Positions 33,295 to 45,543 of a stretch of DNA of 64,000 bases are shown piece after piece. Numbering within the stretch: the first letter of the stretch is position 1; each line of letters starts with the position of its first letter. The notes under the pieces are model-generated. The model was not told where the DNA came from, made no database searches, and saw nothing but the letters and a program-made list of their open reading frames with translations. The DNA is from Rickettsiales bacterium. GTDB taxonomy: Bacteria; Pseudomonadota; Alphaproteobacteria; Rickettsiales; UBA1997. The DNA lies in the NCBI GenBank assembly GCA_038142525.1, contig JAYQKE010000014.1, positions 7,309 to 71,308 of the forward strand, in the 5' to 3' direction. The translations under genes were made by a program, and so were the position numbers.

Positions 33295-34131
33295 ATGTAT
33301 AATTTAGCTGTCAGAAATAGATGTAGATTGTTAGATATTAATAGATCTAATTTTTATTATAAATCTAGGATTGATATTTCTAAGATTAATAGTTTATGCA
33401 AAGATATTCATAATATCTGGAGTAAATATCAATTTTTCGGATATAGAAGAATTACAGAAATAATCAATCAAGATAGAAATCATAATAATAAAATTAATCG
33501 CAAGAAGATTCTTAGAATAATGAGAGTTCTAAAGATTAAAGCTCTTTATCCAAAGAAAAAGACAACAATCATCAATAAAAAAGATTACAAATATCCTTAT
33601 TTATTAGAAGATAAATCTAAAATAGATAAGCCAAATCACACTTGGGCAATTGATATAACTTACATCAAAACACCAGTAGGATTTGTTTATTTAATGTCGC
33701 TAATTGATTGGAGTTCTAGATTTGTTGTTGCATCAAAATTATCAATTTCTATGGAAACTAATAATTGTGTTGAAATATTAAAAAAGGGAATAAAAAATCA
33801 TAAAATTATTCCAACAATTATTAATACTGATCAAGGATCTCAATTTACCAGCGGTAATTGGATAAATGAATTAAAAAAACGAAATATTCAAATATCAATG
33901 GATGGAAAAGGTAGGTGGGTAGACAATGTAATTATTGAAAGATTCTGGAGAACTGTAAAATATGAACAAATTTTTCTCAATCCTCCTGATAATATAGAAG
34001 AATTAAAGAGGCAAATAACAAGATTTATCCATTTTTATAATTATCAAAGACCTCATCAATCTTTGAATTACAAAACTCCTAGTCAAATTTACTATAATGA
34101 TGACAGTAAGAGAAAAAGAATTAGATTTTAA
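33295..34131 (+). CDS. IS3-family transposase OrfB (rve integrase core)
   Basis: 278 aa with a DDE context (WAIDITY / NTDQGSQF / ERFWRTVK). It is in the -1 frame relative to orfA. Confidence 0.9.
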   Translation: MYNLAVRNRCRLLDINRSNFYYKSRIDISKINSLCKDIHNIWSKYQFFGYRRITEIINQDRNHNNKINRKKILRIMRVLKIKALYPKKKTTIINKKDYKYPYLLEDKSKIDKPNHTWAIDITYIKTPVGFVYLMSLIDWSSRFVVASKLSISMETNNCVEILKKGIKNHKIIPTIINTDQGSQFTSGNWINELKKRNIQISMDGKGRWVDNVIIERFWRTVKYEQIFLNPPDNIEELKRQITRFIHFYNYQRPHQSLNYKTPSQIYYNDDSKRKRIRF

Positions 34132-34409
34132 AATAAAAAATAATTAAAATCTAAAATATGAAATACGAAATTTTATAATTTTCCAGAAATTTCTACGAAT
34201 TTGGCTATTTAGGGCCATTCTAAAATTTCAGAAAATTCAAAAATTTCTACACCGAATTTTAAAGAAAAAGTCTATGACTTTTAAAGAGGTAATGGTCTAA
34301 CAAATGGGTGCAGTTCTATAGATATGCAAAAGAATTCATCAACTTCGTTGTTGGCGACAGATCTACAAGAACTGGAAAAGAACTTTGGGAAGGAGTTAAA
34401 GGCATTATA

Positions 34410-35761
34410 GGAACCTCTGAAAAACCAATTATCTAATTTATAGATTTGAAACTGTTTAATTTTGTTATTTTTGCCAAAGTTTAGCAAAGTTATTTTATAA
34501 AATTTTGTTTGAATTTATTTGATAAAAATAGCCAGAAAAGCTTGATTTATCTAGCTTTTTTGCTTATTATTGATATATTAAATTCAAATAAAATATATAA
34601 TTATGGCAACCCAGCAATCATTTTTTTCATTAGCAATTTCTGGTAGAAAATTAAGAGCGGAGAAGTTTCTTAATCAAATGACGGATATTATTCCATGGCA
34701 AAGATTGATTGATAAGATAGAGCCTTTTTATCCTAATGGTACTAGTGATTACGGTGGCAGGAAGGTGACAGATTTATTATTAATATTTAAGATTCATTTG
34801 TTACAGCAGTGGTTTGGTCTTAGTGATCCAGCTATGGAGGATGCTATATATGATAGAATAAGTTTTCAAAAATTCTTAAATATTGATATTGGTATTGATA
34901 ATGTTCCGGATGAGACTGTGATATTGAGATTCCGTCATTTATTGGAAAAGCATAATTTATCGTCGATTATATTTAACGAGGTAAATTCATATCTTGAAGA
35001 GAATGATCTTTTGTTGAAGGAGGGTACGATAACTGATGCGACATTAATATCTGCTCCAACTAGTACAAAAAACAAGAAGAGGAAAAGGGACCAAGAGATG
35101 TCTTCTACCAAGAAAGGGAAGAATTATTATTTTGACATGAAGTCTCATATTGGTGTGCAAACTAAGGGTAAGCCAATTATTCATTCTATTGTCACGACGA
35201 CAGCTAAAGATCATGATTCTACTAAAACAGAGGAGTTATTACATGGTGATGAAACTTCTTTATTTGGTGACAAGGCCTATGATGATAAGGCAATAAAAAG
35301 ATTTTGTAGGAATCACAATATATTTTATGGTATAACCAATAGAGCTAAATCTAACAAAAAACTTTCAAATAAGCAAAAAAAGAGGAATAAACAATTTTCA
35401 TCAGTTCGAGCTAAAGTTGAACATCCATTTCAAATTATAAAGCATCTTTGGGGCTATAGAAAGGTTAGATATAATGGTTTACAAAAGAATACTAATCAAT
35501 TACAAATGCTATCATCCCTTGCTAATCTCTATATGGTTAGAAAAATACTACCAAATACAGCGTAACAAGGGATAAATGTGTCTAATTTAGCCAAAAATGG
35601 TAAAATTAGACAAGAAACTAGAGAAATTACCACAAATAATGCCTAAATTTGGATAAAGATTGTTAATTTTTAACAAAATTAGCAATCTTTATCCAAATTA
35701 TAAAAATTTTTTCTCAAAAATGAAAAAATAGACAAAATTAAATAGGAAAATCAGAGGTTCC
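34410..35761 (+). mobile_element. IS5-family element (type A), full length 1352 bp, intact, with TSD
   Basis: Both termini are intact. TATA is duplicated at 34406-34409 and 35762-35765. Confidence 0.93.
34603..35565 (+). CDS. IS5-family DDE transposase, intact
   Basis: 320 aa with a single substitution (YYFDMK) relative to the other copies. Confidence 0.95.
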   Translation: MATQQSFFSLAISGRKLRAEKFLNQMTDIIPWQRLIDKIEPFYPNGTSDYGGRKVTDLLLIFKIHLLQQWFGLSDPAMEDAIYDRISFQKFLNIDIGIDNVPDETVILRFRHLLEKHNLSSIIFNEVNSYLEENDLLLKEGTITDATLISAPTSTKNKKRKRDQEMSSTKKGKNYYFDMKSHIGVQTKGKPIIHSIVTTTAKDHDSTKTEELLHGDETSLFGDKAYDDKAIKRFCRNHNIFYGITNRAKSNKKLSNKQKKRNKQFSSVRAKVEHPFQIIKHLWGYRKVRYNGLQKNTNQLQMLSSLANLYMVRKILPNTA

Positions 35762-36152
35762 TATAGCAACGGATTATTGGAAACCGTATGAGAAATTTGT
35801 TCCTAAGGATAAGCATATTCAATCCAAGGCACATACTTATACTATCGAGGGCTATAATAGCTTGTTCAGACACTTCTTGGCTAGAATGAGAAGAAAGAGC
35901 AAATGCTACTCTAAATCAATAAAGATGCTTGAATATTAAGTAAAAATATTGATTTTAAAGAGAAATGGCTTATTATCTATTTTGGATTAACAATGTCTGA
36001 AAATTATTGAAGTATTTTATGATTTGCAACTGAGATTATAGGAAAATCTAGCAGATGCGACAGAACCCTTGATCCTCCTTGAATTTTAGGCACTAGAATA
36101 TCATAAATAAATATCCTGCAAACACCCCCAATATGGCAATAATTAGAAAGAA

Positions 36153-37189
36153 TTATTGCAATGCTAATTTTAGGCTAAAAGTTCTATAAATAATTAAAAA
36201 CGAATAAATAGAATAAGAACCCAAACAAAATAAAATAGTCATCACTGCTGGCATAGGCAAGCCAGAAAACATCAGAGCTTGAGCCAATAATATATCTACC
36301 GCAATTGGCATTGGTAAAAAAGTTGCAATCAATGCAACAGTTAATAGAAGGGTAAACGAAACATATCCACCTGATAAAAACTCCATATTAAATAAATGAC
36401 TAGCAATTGAACCTAAAGTACCAGCCAAGACCATTAATGGTACAACCCTTACAAAGATATAGATGAAATTACTAAAATAGCTTAAAATAGATCCTTTAAA
36501 AGCTTTGCAACCAGCTTTCTTTTTGAATTTTATTTTTATCAAAATCTATTTCACATGCTTCACCTCCAATAGTTCTGGTTTTAATATTCTGCATTGCAAG
36601 TAGAGGAACAATGACCAAAACCAATAATAAGGTTAAAATAACTTTAATTAATGCTAATTTAAGCGGAAAAACTGTAAATAGCATAGTTAAAACGACTATA
36701 TTCAAAGTTGGAGAAGAAAACATCAGAGCTAAAGCTGATTCCATTTTTCCACCACCCTGAAAAAAACCTCTAGCAACAGGCGCAACACAATTAGAGCAAA
36801 CTCCTAGAGGAGCGCCCAGCAAACATTCCAATAGCACTATTAAGGAATTTATTTTTAACATGTCTTCTCTTAAAATATTTTAGTAAGGTTAAAAAAGAAG
36901 CAACTATTATAAGACCAAAGCTCATTCCTTTAAGATTTGCTGAAATCCAATTTAGTGTAGTTTTAAATATTTTTAGTGATAAATTATCATCCTTATCTAT
37001 CTTGTGCTTAACCCTATGACCAAAAGTACCTTCCATTACCGAAGTTTCATTAATATTTTGTGTTTGAGAAATATGAGACTTACTACCAAGAGCTGGATAT
37101 CTTGAAGAATACCAAAAACTCACCGCAATAATAAGGGTAAATAATGTAATGATAATTGCTCTTTTATTTCTTATATTATTTAAATTCAT
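36153..37189 (-). pseudogene. predicted permease (ArsP/YraQ-type, PF03773-like), two frameshifts
   Basis: Three overlapping ORFs (36791-37189, 36496-36861, 36153-36542) together form one multi-TM protein containing ..GAPLGVCSNCVAPVARG... Confidence 0.65.
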
Positions 37190-37407
37190 GAAAGTGAAAT
37201 TACAGTTAATGAATATTTAAAAACCCAATGTCCCATTAAAAGACAAATTCTTATTGTTTTTTAACAACTTGAATTGTATAGTTGATTTTATTAGGAATCA
37301 ATTAGTTAATTTTTATGATTATTTTTGCAAAAATATTTCGCTGGATTTCTGATGTGGCTACCTTTTTCCGGACACCCAATTTAAGCAGATGCTGAATATT
37401 TTTTCAA

Positions 37408-37949
37408 TTATCTGTTTCTTTTTTCGAATTCAACTGGTGCTAGGTAATTATTAGCAGAATGAATTCTTATTCTATTATAGAAAACTTCAATATATTCAAA
37501 TATTATATTTTTTGCTTCCTTTCTATTTTTAAAATTATGATGATGTGTTAATTCAGTTTTCAGGGTATGAAAAAATGATTCTGCAACGGCATTATCCCAG
37601 CAATTACCTTTTCTACTCATACTTTGGATAATATCATGATCTTTTAAAATATCTCTGTGAGATTCAGAAGCATATTGGCTACCTTGATCAGTATGATAAA
37701 TTAATCCTTTTTTGGGCTTTCTTTGAAATAATGCCATAGTTAAAGCATCATTAACTAATTTTGATTTCATATTATCAGACATAGACCAGCCAATGATATT
37801 TCTAGAATAAAGATCAATTACAGTTGCTAAATATAACCATCCTTCCTGGGTTGGAATGTAGGTAATATCACCAACCCAATATTTATTTGGAACTAAACAA
37901 TCAAAATTTCTATTTAATAAATTAGGTGAAATTGGTTTATTATGTTTAG
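37408..37949 (-). pseudogene. IS3-family (type B) OrfB fragment, 5'-truncated
   Basis: ..YWVGDITYIPT..HTDQGSQYAS..AESFFHTLKTE..YNRIRIHSANNYLAPVEFE... It is unrelated at the nucleotide level to IS3 type A. Confidence 0.75.
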
Positions 37950-38133
37950 AATTCCCATATCTTTACCCAGTAATCTTGAATTTCATCTTGGTTTTGCAAG
38001 AAATATTTGCCAATCTCATCAAAAATCTGCTTTTCATATATTTTTGCCTTTTTTCCGAAAGTATAATAAAATGCTTGATCCACAGTAAATTCTTTGTTTA
38101 ATTTTTTTGAAAATTCATAAAAAAAGAAGATAA
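37950..38133 (-). mobile_element. IS1634-like right-end fragment (divergent)
   Basis: The reverse complement matches 32100-32310, including the terminal repeat (gaattcccatatctttaccc at 37949-). Confidence 0.6.
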
Positions 38134-39225
38134 ACTTAAATTCCCATATCTTTACCCACGATAGTCCTTAAAAAAACATTAATCTAAGCAAATAAAAGCT
38201 TGCAACCGACTTTTTAGTTCTATATACTCGTGCCTATTATTAATTCTTTACTCACGATTATGAGCTATATCAGATACAAAAAAGTTGGAGACAGGGAATA
38301 TGCATATGAAATAACGGCCTATTGGGATAAAAAGAAACAACATTCCAAAAAGCAAAGACAGCAAATATCTTGGAATTGTCCTAGATAAAGAAGCTGGAAT
38401 ATTTCAGGAGGTAAAAAGAAGAAAGAGAGATTTAAATGGAAAAGTTATTTCCAATCCAAAAAGGGTTATGGCACAACCATTTAAGGAGAGGGAAATTGTA
38501 TCTTTTGGTAGTGGCTACTTAACCAAGAAACTAATTGATGAAGATGATGTTGGAAAAATCTTTGCAGACTTACTGCCTCATGTAAAGCTTAAAACATTAA
38601 AAAGCTTACTATCCTATCGTCTCATCAATGGATCTGCAATGTATTTAGCTAATGATTGGTATGAAGGCGATATATCTAAACATTTATTTCCAGGCTCTTC
38701 TATGAGCTCACAAGCTATCAGTAATTTCCTAAAAGAACTGGGAAGTGAAAAGCTTCAAAAAGACTTTTTTAGAAAATATCTTCCTATCGCAACAAAAGAC
38801 AGCAAAGAAGGTCTAATAGTAGATGGAAGTAGCATGCCAAATGAAATCAATACTCCAATTAATGAGTTTGGCTATAATAGTGGCTCTATTGATAGGCAGA
38901 TAAAATTTATGTCAGTTGTTTCTGCCGATAACAATCTACCTCTGTACTTTCGCTACAATGCAGGCAGTATAGCGGACATCTCAACACTCACAAATACTAT
39001 CAAAGAACTTAAGGCTCATAACACTACAGCTAAAGCGGTACTGCTAGATGCGGGCTTTTATTCTAATGATAATATTGAATTATTACAAAAAAATAAGATC
39101 AATTTTATAATTAGACTTCCGTCTGGCAGAAAATTATTCAAAGAAGTAATTGATAATGAAAAAATAGATCTGGCATCTAATGCAGTAAAAGTATCCAAAA
39201 AGAGAGTGGTATTTATTAAAGAGAA
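38134..39225 (+). mobile_element. IS1634-like element, 5' two-thirds, cut by an IS3 insertion
   Basis: Left terminal repeat ACTTAAATTCCCATATCTTTACCC. The transposase starts at 38260 (MSYIRYKKVGDREYAYEITAYWDKK..) and is frameshifted before ORF 38468-39274. Confidence 0.75.
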
Positions 39226-40710
39226 ATGCCCCCTAAAATTCAGACCATTAATTTTTAAATTTCATAGACTATAATTTCTTTAAATTTCGATTTGGAAGAT
39301 GGAAAAATATGCTAATATTTTTTCATCTGTTAATTAAAAATTTAATTTAATAAATTATGTCAAAAGAAATTAAAAAATATAATTCTGATTTTAAGTTTAA
39401 AGTTGTAATGAAATATTTATCCGAAAATTATACAATTTATCAGATTTGTAGCGAATATGATATTGCTAAATCAACATTACATAAATGGGTTAAGCAGTTT
39501 AAAGCTAGCGGTAATGATATATTTTCTGATTCTAAGTTATCTAAAGAAGAAAAATTAAGTAAAAAAGAAAAAAAAAGAAGGATAAAGAAATTGATAAATT
39601 ATATAAGAAAATAGGTCAATTAACAATGGAAAGAGATTTCTTAAAAAAGTTTCTGGACAGTTAGATTATTCTAAGAAAATCAAATTTCTAAAATTATCAT
39701 CAGATATGTATAATTTAGCTGTCAGAAATAGATGTAGATTGTTAGATATTAATAGATCTAATTTTTATTATAAATCTAGGATTGATATTTCTAAGATTAA
39801 TAGTTTATGCAAAGATATTCATAATATCTGGAGTAAATATCAATTTTTCGGATATAGAAGAATTACAGAAATAATCAATCAAGATAGAAATCATAATAAT
39901 AAAATTAATCGCAAGAAGATTCTTAGATTAATGAGAGTTCTAAAGATTAAAGCTCTTTATCCAAAGAAAAAGACAACAATCATCAATAAAAAAGATTACA
40001 AATATCCTTATTTATTAGAAGATAAATCTAAAATAGATAAGCCAAATCACACTTGGGCAATTGATATAACTTACATCAAAACACCAGTAGGATTTGTTTA
40101 TTTAATGTCGCTAATTGATTGGAGTTCTAGATTTGTTGTTGCATCAAAATTATCAATTTCTATGGAAACTAATAATTGTGTTGAAATATTAAAAAAGGGA
40201 ATAAAAAATCATAAAATTATTCCAACAATTATTAATACTGATCAAGGATCTCAATTTACCAGCGGTAATTGGATAAATGAATTAAAAAAACGAAATATTC
40301 AAATATCAATGGATGGAAAAGGTAGGTGGGTAGACAATGTAATTATTGAAAGATTCTGGAGAACTGTAAAATATGAACAAATTTTTCTCAATCCTCCTGA
40401 TAATATAGAAGAATTAAAGAGGCAAATAACAAGATTTATCCATTTTTATAATTATCAAAGACCTCATCAATCTTTGAATTACAAAACTCCTAGTCAAATT
40501 TACTATAATGATGACAGTAAGAGAAAAAGAATTAGATTTTAAAATAAAAAATAATTAAAATCTAAAATATGAAATACGAAATTTTATAATTTTCCAGAAA
40601 TTTCTACGAATTTGGCTATTTAGGGCCATTCTAAAATTTCAGAAAATTCAAAAATTTCTACACCGAATTTAAAGAAAAAAGTCTATAGACTTTTAAAGAG
40701 GTAATGGTCT
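39226..40710 (+). mobile_element. IS3-family element (type A), copy 2; orfA frameshifted, right end truncated
   Basis: The same left end as copy 1. orfA (39357-) is shifted in the aaaaaagaaaaaaaaagaagg run. The right repeat is cut after ..ggtaatggtct. Confidence 0.8.
39706..40542 (+). CDS. IS3-family transposase OrfB (copy 2; its orfA partner is broken)
   Basis: 278 aa, one substitution relative to copy 1. Confidence 0.8.
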   Translation: MYNLAVRNRCRLLDINRSNFYYKSRIDISKINSLCKDIHNIWSKYQFFGYRRITEIINQDRNHNNKINRKKILRLMRVLKIKALYPKKKTTIINKKDYKYPYLLEDKSKIDKPNHTWAIDITYIKTPVGFVYLMSLIDWSSRFVVASKLSISMETNNCVEILKKGIKNHKIIPTIINTDQGSQFTSGNWINELKKRNIQISMDGKGRWVDNVIIERFWRTVKYEQIFLNPPDNIEELKRQITRFIHFYNYQRPHQSLNYKTPSQIYYNDDSKRKRIRF

Positions 40711-41586
40711 ATTACGGTGGCAGGAAGGTGACAGATTTATTATTAATATTTAAGATTCATTTGTTACAGCAGTGGTTTGGTCTTAGTGATCCAGCTATGG
40801 AGGATGCTATATATGATAGAATAAGTTTTCAAAAATTCTTAAATATTGATATTGGTATTGATAATGTTCGGATGAGACTGTGATATTGAGATTCCGTCAT
40901 TTATTGGAAAAGCATAATTTATCGTCGATTATATTTAACGAGGTAAATTCATATCTTGAAGAGAATGATCTTTTGTTGAAGGAGGGTACGATAACTGATG
41001 CGACATTAATATCTGCTCCAACTAGTACAAAAAACAAGAAGAGGAAAAGGGACCAAGAGATGTCTTCTACCAAGAAAGGGAAGAATTATTATTTTGGCAT
41101 GAAGTCTCATATTGGTGTGCAAACTAAGGGTAAGCCAATTATTCATTCTATTGTCACGACGACAGCTAAAGATCATGATTCTACTAAAACAGAGGAGTTA
41201 TTACATGGTGATGAAACTTCTTTATTTGGTGACAAGGCCTATGATGATAAGGCAATAAAAAGATTTTGTAGGAATCACAATATATTTTATGGTATAACCA
41301 ATAGAGCTAAATCTAACAAAAAACTTTCAAATAAGCAAAAAAAGAGGAATAAACAATTTTCATCAGTTCGAGCTAAAGTTGAACATCCATTTCAAATTAT
41401 AAAGCATCTTTGGGGCTATAGAAAGGTTTAGACAAGAAACTAGAGAAATTACCACAAATAATGCCTAAATTTGGATAAAGATTGTTAATTTTTAACAAAA
41501 TTAAAAATTTTTTCTTTATCCAAATTATAAAAATTTTTTGAAAAATGAAAAAATAGCCAAAATTAAATAGAAAAATCAGAGGTTCC
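40711..41586 (+). mobile_element. IS5-family (type A) copy, 5'-truncated with internal deletions
   Basis: Begins inside the transposase (..attacggtggcagg..). It has a 1-bp deletion, a ~130-bp deletion near the 3' end, and a degenerate hairpin. It ends with cagaggttcc at 41586. Confidence 0.85.
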
Positions 41587-41955
41587 TTTATACTGCGGCA
41601 AGCAAAGAAGTAGCCGAAGAAAAACTGCTTCTAATTGAAGAAAAATGGGGCAAAAAATATCCAATAATATTCAAATCTTGGAATAATAACTGGGATAATT
41701 TATCTAATTATTTTAAATATCCAAAAGAGATAAGAAAGCTAATTTATACTACTAATTCTGTTGAAGGGTTTCATAGGCAAGTCAGAAAAATTACCAAAAC
41801 TAAAGGCTCTTTTCCATCTGATCAATCATTAGAAAAGTTACTCTATCTTGCTATACAAAACATTAAGAAAAAATGGACTATGCCAATACCAAATTGGAGC
41901 TTGATAATTAGCCAATTTGCTATAAAATTTGAGGATAGAATCAAATTAGATTTAG
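41587..41955 (+). pseudogene. IS256-family (mutator-type) transposase C-terminal fragment
   Basis: ..LIYTTNSVEGFHRQVRKITKTKGSFPSDQSLEKLLYLAIQNIKKKWTMPIPNW... Confidence 0.7.
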
Positions 41956-42230
41956 CTCCATCTTTTAAAGCCTCAATTGTTTTGGCAACTCTATCATTAA
42001 TGGGTAAATTGGGATCAATTTCACAAATTGACTTTCCTTCACCTTTTAACTTTTGCAAATATGCCTTTTCGTGCTCTATACCTTTTTCTTGAAGTAATTT
42101 GCTTGAACTATCCTGTTCTTTTTTAGTTAAATCTTCACTTAAACTTTTAAAATCCAAAAAACTAGCTTGATGACAAGCAAGAAAGGTGGTTAAATCAGAT
42201 GGTGAAAATAGATATTTATTCTTTGCCAGT
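41956..42230 (-). pseudogene. RecB-family (TM0106-like) nuclease N-terminal fragment
   Basis: ..KYLFSPSDLTTFLACHQASFLDF..KGIEHEKAYLQKLK..TIEALKDGA. No clear start codon. It is truncated by the IS256 fragment. Confidence 0.4.
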
Positions 42231-42386
42231 CTTTTGCATTAAAATTATATTTGATTAAAAATAGAAGAAACTAAGACAATTTCTAAAATTATCTTTCTTT
42301 CACCTTGTTTTCAATTATTTTCATTTATAAAATAAAGGCAATAGTTTCCACTAAAAATTTGTTAATTTTTTAAAAAATACAAAAAT

Positions 42387-42569
42387 ATGACAAGCGAAAG
42401 CGACATAATGACAGTTAAAGATTTGGCCACATATCTAAAGATAGCCGAAAAAACAGCATATCGTTTTGCGTCTGATAAAAAGATTCCTGGATTTAAGGTT
42501 GGTAATGCTTGGAGATTTAGAAAAAGCGAAATTGATAATTGGATTAAGAAACAGGAAAAAACGAAATAG
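42387..42569 (+). CDS. excisionase-family helix-turn-helix DNA-binding protein (HTH_17-like)
   Basis: 60 aa with ..MTVKDLATYLKIAEKTAYRFASDKKIPGFKVGNAWRFRKSEIDNWI... Confidence 0.75.
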   Translation: MTSESDIMTVKDLATYLKIAEKTAYRFASDKKIPGFKVGNAWRFRKSEIDNWIKKQEKTK

Positions 42570-42577
42570 ATTTTTTT

Positions 42578-45543
42578 ATGACAGAGCAACTAATTGAACA
42601 GGACCTAATCAGAAAACTCACAGATCTCAAATATTCCTATCGCCCAGATATTCGCGATAGAGCTACATTGGAAGCAAACTTTCGTAAAAAATTTGAAGAG
42701 CTTAATCGAGTAAATTTAACGGACGATGAATTCATTCGTTTACTTGAGCAAATTATCGTTCCAGACACTTTTGCAGCATCGCGCATTTTACGTGAGAGAA
42801 ATAGCTTTGAGCGTGATGACGGAACACCTCTTTCTTACACTTTAGTTAACATTAAAGATTGGTGCAAAAATACTTTTGAAGTAATTAATCAGCTACGCAT
42901 AAATACCGATAATAGCCATCATCGTTACGATGTGATTTTGTTAATTAATGGTGTGCCAGTAGTTCAAATTGAACTAAAAACTTTGACCATTAGCCCTAGT
43001 CGAGCAATGCAACAAATTGTTGAATATAAGAATGATCCAGGCAATGGCTACAGCAAAACTTTAATGTGCTTTATGCGACTTTTTTATTGTCAGTAATCGT
43101 AGTGACACTTGGTATTTTGCCAACAATAACAGTCGTCATTTTAATTTTGATGCTAATGAGCGTTTTTTACCTTTATATCAGTTTGCTTCTGAAGATAATA
43201 AAAAAATTACACAACTTGATAATTTTGCTGAAAAATTCTTAGCTAAGTGCACGCTTGGTCAAATGATTAGCAGATATATGGTTTTGGTAGCTAGCGAGCA
43301 AAAGCTAATGATGATGCGACCATATCAAATTTATGCGGTTAAGGCTATCGTAGAATGCATTCACCAAAATTGTGGAAATGGTTATATTTGGCATACTACT
43401 GGTAGCGGTAAAACATTAACCTCTTTTAAGGCTTCTACCTTACTTAAAGATAATCCAGATATTGAGAAATGCTTATTTGTTGTTGATAGAAAAGATCTAG
43501 ATAGGCAAACACGTGAAGAGTTTAATCGCTTTCAAGAAAACTGCGTTGAAAAAAATACCAATACTGGAAAATTAGTTGAGAGATTACTATCAGATGATTA
43601 TACCGATAAGGTAATTGTTACTACAATCCAAAAACTTGGATTAGCACTCGATGGATCAAATAAGAATAATTACAAAGAGCAATTAAAGCCTTTAAGCAAC
43701 AAAAGACTAGTCTTCATCTTTGATGAATGCCATCGCTCACAATTTGGTGAAAATCATAAAGCTATAAAAGAATTCTTTCCTAATGCTCAGCTTTTTGGTT
43801 TTACTGGAACGCCAATTTTTGATGAAAATGCTAACTATCAAAAAGTTGAAGATGGTCAAGCCTCATACAAAACAACGGGTGATATATTTCAAAAAGAATT
43901 ACATTCTTACACAATTACCCATGCTATTGAAGATCGCAATGTTTTGCAATTCCGTATTGATTACTACAAGCCAGAAGGAAATAATAAGCCAAAAGCAGGA
44001 AAGTCTCCACCTAAAAAAGCTGTTGTTGAGGAAATATTAGAAAAGCATAACGGGGCTACTGCAAATCGTAAGTTTAATGCAATATTTGCAACCGCTTCCA
44101 TTAACGAAGCTATTGCTTATTATGACCTCTTTAAAGTCATTCAGTCAGAAAAATTAGCCTCAAATCCTGATTTCCAAGCGCTAAATATTGCTTGCCTATT
44201 CTCACCGCCAGCCGAAGGAAATAAAGATGTTAAACAACTTCAAGAAGATTTACCTCAAGAAAAAATTGATAACAGGGTAGCTCCAGATGAAAAGAAAAAT
44301 GCTTTAAAAGCCATCATCAAAGATTACAACTCAAACTATAAAACTAATCACAGATCAATGAATTTGATCTTTACTATCAAGATGTGCAAAAGCGCATTAA
44401 GGATCAGCAATATCCTAACCAAGATCTATCTCACGCAGAAAAAATTGATGTAATGATCGTTGTTGATATGTTGCTTACTGGTTTTGATTCTAAATTCTTA
44501 AATACCCTCTATGTTGATAAAAATTTAAAATATCATGGTCTTATTCAGGCTTTTTCTCGTACCAATAGGGTTCTAAATGACACCAAGCCTTATGGAAACA
44601 TCCTTGATTTTTGTGGGCAAGAATCTGCCGTTAATGAGGCAGTAGCATTATTTTCTGGCGAAAAAGACGAAAATCAAGCAAGAGAAATTTGGCTAGTTGA
44701 TAAGGCGCCAGTGGTTATTGAAAAATTAGGAATTGCAGTAAAAAAACTTGAGCAATTTATGCTCTCTCAAGATTTAGAGGCAAAGCCAGAAGAGGTGGTA
44801 AATTTAAAAGGTGACGAAGCTCGAGGTCAGTTCATTAATTTATTTAAAGAAGTACAACGCCTTAAAACTGGCCTTGATCAATATACTGATTTAACCGAAG
44901 GTAATAAAAATACTATTGAGCAAGTAATTCCAAAAGAAAACTTACAAGGATTTAAAGGTGTTTATATTGAAACCATATGCGTCTTAAGACTCAGCAAGAT
45001 AAAGATAATGGAAATATAAGTGAAGAGGTTCAACAACTTGATTTTGAATTTGTATTATTTGCCTCCACCGTTATCGATTATGATTACATAATGGGGTTAA
45101 TTGCCAAATATTCTGGCGGAAAGCCAGGTAAGCACAAAATGACCCGATCTCAGTTGATTGGTTTGATACGATCTGATGCAAAATTTATGGATGATGGCGA
45201 AGATATTGTGCAATATATTAACTCACTAAAAGAAGGTGAAGCCTTAAGCGAAAAGTTAATTCGTCAAGGCTATGAAGATTTTAAAACACAAAAAAATGCC
45301 AAACAACTTGAAGAAATTGCCATCAAGCACGGAATTGAAATTAATTCACTACAAAGCTTTATCGACAATATTTTGCAAAGAATGATTTTTGATGGTGAAA
45401 AGTTAAACTATCTTTTAGCGCCTCTTGAATTAGGCTGGAAAGCCAGAACCCAAAAGGAATTAGCGCTAATGGAGGATTTAATTCCGCTTCTTAAGAAAAG
45501 AAGTAATGGGCGAGATATTTCAGGGTTGAGTGCTTATGAGTAA
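42578..45543 (+). pseudogene. hsdR: Type I restriction enzyme R subunit, at least 3 frameshifts
   Basis: Four consecutive ORFs in frames 2/3/2/1. They contain an N-terminal nuclease-like part, helicase motifs (HTTGSGKT, DECHRSQ) and a C-terminal domain. The first shift is in the T6 run at 43080-43085. Confidence 0.88.

Larger units (their letters stand above)
32814..34312 (+). mobile_element. IS3-family element (type A), apparently complete (~1.5 kb)
   Basis: The left end (A)TGCCCCCTAAAATTCAGACC and the right end GGTCTAACAAATGGGTGCA are imperfect inverted repeats. orfA and orfB are in the 0/-1 arrangement. The end coordinates are accurate to about +/-5 bp. Confidence 0.8.
34313..35939 (+). 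pseudogene. IS1-family transposase (InsB-like) fragment, split by an IS5 insertion
   Basis: ..FVVGDRSTRTGKELWEGVKGI at 34313-34409 continues as IATDYWKPYEKFVP..TIEGYNSLFRHFLARMRRKSKCYSKS..* at 35762-35939. Confidence 0.65.

Noticed and set aside
36153-37189. Three overlapping membrane-protein ORFs might be three separate small genes.
   Set aside because: Their sequences join end to end into one ArsP/YraQ-type permease, with overlaps typical of frameshifts. A single disrupted gene is more parsimonious.
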